Shown in pieces: positions 61,567 to 64,000 of a stretch of DNA of 64,000 nt. Both the position numbers and the translations under genes were made by a program. This DNA comes from Anaeramoeba ignava BMAN (Eukaryota > Protista > Anaeramoebae), in contig JAPDFW010000100.1 of NCBI GenBank assembly GCA_028826165.1, positions 124,001-188,000 on the forward strand. Reading direction: 5' to 3'. Under the pieces are notes generated by a model that was not told the origin of the DNA, searched no databases, and saw nothing but the letters and a program-made list of their open reading frames with translations. Every line of letters starts with the position of its first letter. Within the stretch, counting starts at the first letter, position 1.

Positions 61567-64000
61567 ATGTTACCAAAATATTGCAAAAAAGAAATTTCTC
61601 CAACTGATAATATTAATATTTGTTTTATTGGAGATGGTAAAAATCAAATTTAAAAACAAAAAAAAATTTCAAAAAAAAAAATTAAAAAAAAAAAACAATT
61701 TTCATTTTATAAAAGATGGGGTCGGAAAAACAACTTTAATAAACACATTTATAATTAAGCATTTTCCTTTACAAGTATCAAATACAAAATTTCCAAATTA
61801 AAATATTTAAGAAAACATATTCATTTATGGATATAATAATGATAGGTTCCTGACATTTTATTAGAATCCAAAATTCCAAAAGATTCCTCTCATTTCGAAA
61901 ACATACTTACAATCATGGATACAACAACAAAAAGACTAGAATCAATGTATGCAAAGATGTCTGCATGTGATGTGCTTTGTCTTCTTTATTCCAAAGATAA
62001 CTATGAGTCTTTTTTTCAAGTTGAAAATTATTGGATTCCTTTAATCAAAAAATTGAACCTTTTAAAAATACCTATTATTCTTATTGAGACAAAAGCTGAT
62101 TTAAAATCACAAACAAAAAAAATCACAAAAGAAAATATAGAAACATTATTACGCAATGAACCAGTATTTTATTGTTCTTGTTTTGCTTGTTTTTCTTCCA
62201 AATTAATTTCCGTTGAAATTTTTTAGATTTTTGAATTTTGTGCAAGTTGTTCATCAAGAGAACTTGATTCTGTTGATCAAGTCTTTTATATGATTGAGAA
62301 ATCATGTATTTATCCTCGATTCTTGTTATATGACCTTTCAAAGCAGGTTTAGATCTCTTTATTTTTGTTCAATTTTGGAATTGCTTATTTTTTTTAATTA
62401 CTTTTTTTAATTTAGAATTTAACAAAAAAAGCTGTTGAAGTTTTTCAAGAAATATTTAATCAAATTGACCAAGATAAAGATAATTTACTTTCAAATCAAG
62501 AAATTTCAAAACTTGAAGTATTTTTGATTGAAAATTTTAAAAAAAAATTTAAATCAAATTAAATTAAATCAAATCAAAAAAAAAAGTCTTTTGTTTTTCA
62601 ATCAACATTAAAAGATCAAGAAGTTCAAGGAATATTATCAGTTATTAAACAAAATTATCCGAATGGAATAACAAATGAAAAACTTAATTTTCAAGGATTT
62701 TTATTTTTAATGAAAATATTTATTGAAAATGATGCAAATGAAACAACTTGGATGATTTTAAATAAATTTAATTTTCGGAAAAATTTAACGAAAAAAAAAC
62801 ATTTAAATAATTTAAAGTATATCAAAAAATCAAATAATTAAATATAAAAATGATTTAATTTGGAAATATTTATCAAATAATCAAATAATTAAATAATCAA
62901 TCAAAAAGTGTTAAAGAAGAAAGTGGAAAGGTTAGAAATGAAAATAATAATAACAACAAATTTTAAAGAAATTTAATCAAAAGAAAAAAAAAATTTCTTT
63001 TTAAAATGAAAAATCAAAAGATTTTCGAATTAAATTCAAAAGGAATTCAATTTCTATTAAATTTATTCAAGAAACATGATCAAGATAATGATGGAGCATT
63101 AAGTAGATTAGAATTAAAAAATCTTTTTGAACCAATTGGAGGAATAATTTGGCCAGATAATTTTCAAGAAAATTCAATAAAAAATGATTCAGGAAATTTA
63201 ACTTTAACTGGATTTCTTTCCCAATGGCAGTAAAATATAAATGATCCAAAAAAAAAGGATTTTATTTTAAGGATTAATTGATTGAATGATAAATTTATTT
63301 TCATTTTTATTTTCATTTTCATTTTCATTTGAACTTGATTTAGATTAAGTTTAATGCTTGATCCTCAATTAACTATTAATTATTTGCATGAATTGGGTTT
63401 AGATTTTCCAACACTTGATTTTATTTCAGTTTGTAAAAATAGGAATGTGGATTTTCAATCTAAACAAATTTTAAGAAATGTTTTGGTTGCTTTTGTTATT
63501 GGAAAACAAAAAACTGGAAAATCTTCTATTCTTAATGGTTTAATTGGAAATCCTTTTGATCCAACTTATATTCCAACAACAAAGATCAGAAATACTATAA
63601 ATGAAGTTGATATTGGAGGAAGAACAAAATATCTTATTGTATATAAAAATTAAATTGAAATTTAAAATTAAATTCAAATGAAATTAAAATGAAATGAAAT
63701 TTTAAAAAAATTAAATTGAAAATAAATTTAAAATGAAAAATAAATTAAAATGAAATTCAAATGAAATTAAAATGAAATTAAAATGAAATTTAAAATGAAA
63801 TTTGAAATGAAATTTAAAATGAAATTCAAATGAAATTCAAATGAAATTTAAAATGAAATGAAATAAATTTAAAATTAAAATTAAATTCAAAATGAAATTT
63901 GAAATGAAATGAAATTAAAAATTAAAATGAAATTTATTATTTAAATTCAAATTCAAAAAAAGTTATGCGAAATTCCAGAAAAAAGTGTTTCAAATTTATT
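61567..64000 (+). CDS. RHOT1: Mitochondrial Rho GTPase Miro (GTPase-EF-EF-GTPase), multi-exon, runs past window end
   Basis: ICFIGD|DGVGKTTLI, DVLCLLYS...YWIPLI...IPIILIETKADL, IYPRFLLYD, EF-hands IDQDKDNLLSNQEI and HDQDNDGALSRLEL, LTLTGFLSQW, RNVLVAFVIGKQKTGKSSIL; 22-nt microexon at 62909-62930. Confidence 0.92.

Noticed and set aside
1-64000. Alternative genetic code (stop reassignment)
   Set aside because: Long ORFs are open under the standard code, and TAA and TGA terminate genes at expected positions such as right after CaaX

Overview
This is extremely AT-rich, gene-dense eukaryotic (protist) nuclear DNA with short GT-AG introns, the standard genetic code and abundant hexamer microsatellites (NQ/NE tracts). 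The BTB-TLDc and RCC1-BTB family expansions and composition suggest an Anaeramoeba-like anaerobic amoeba; that is inference only. Gene order: BTB-TLDc gene (partial), two RCC1-BTB paralogs, a BEACH/WD40 protein, a nicotinamide-riboside/uridine-kinase-like gene with a ~1 kb NQ repeat, a spliced PLAC8 gene missed by the ORF track, a 4.8 kb 143-bp satellite fused to an RCC1-BTB remnant, a tandem PH-like-module protein, a UBA-USP deubiquitinase, an elongated alpha-actinin with seven 417-bp repeats, a head-to-tail array of 23 intronless Ras-like GTPase genes (37.4-54.8 kb), TRAPPC10, and Miro (partial). The standout is the Ras array. The C-terminal half and polybasic-CaaX tail are nearly constant, while the P-loop, switch I and especially switch II are hypervariable. 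No copy keeps the full canonical G12/T35/G60/Q61 set, and several copies look like mosaics of each other. Many single-base frameshifts sit in homopolymers and are probably long-read assembly errors.
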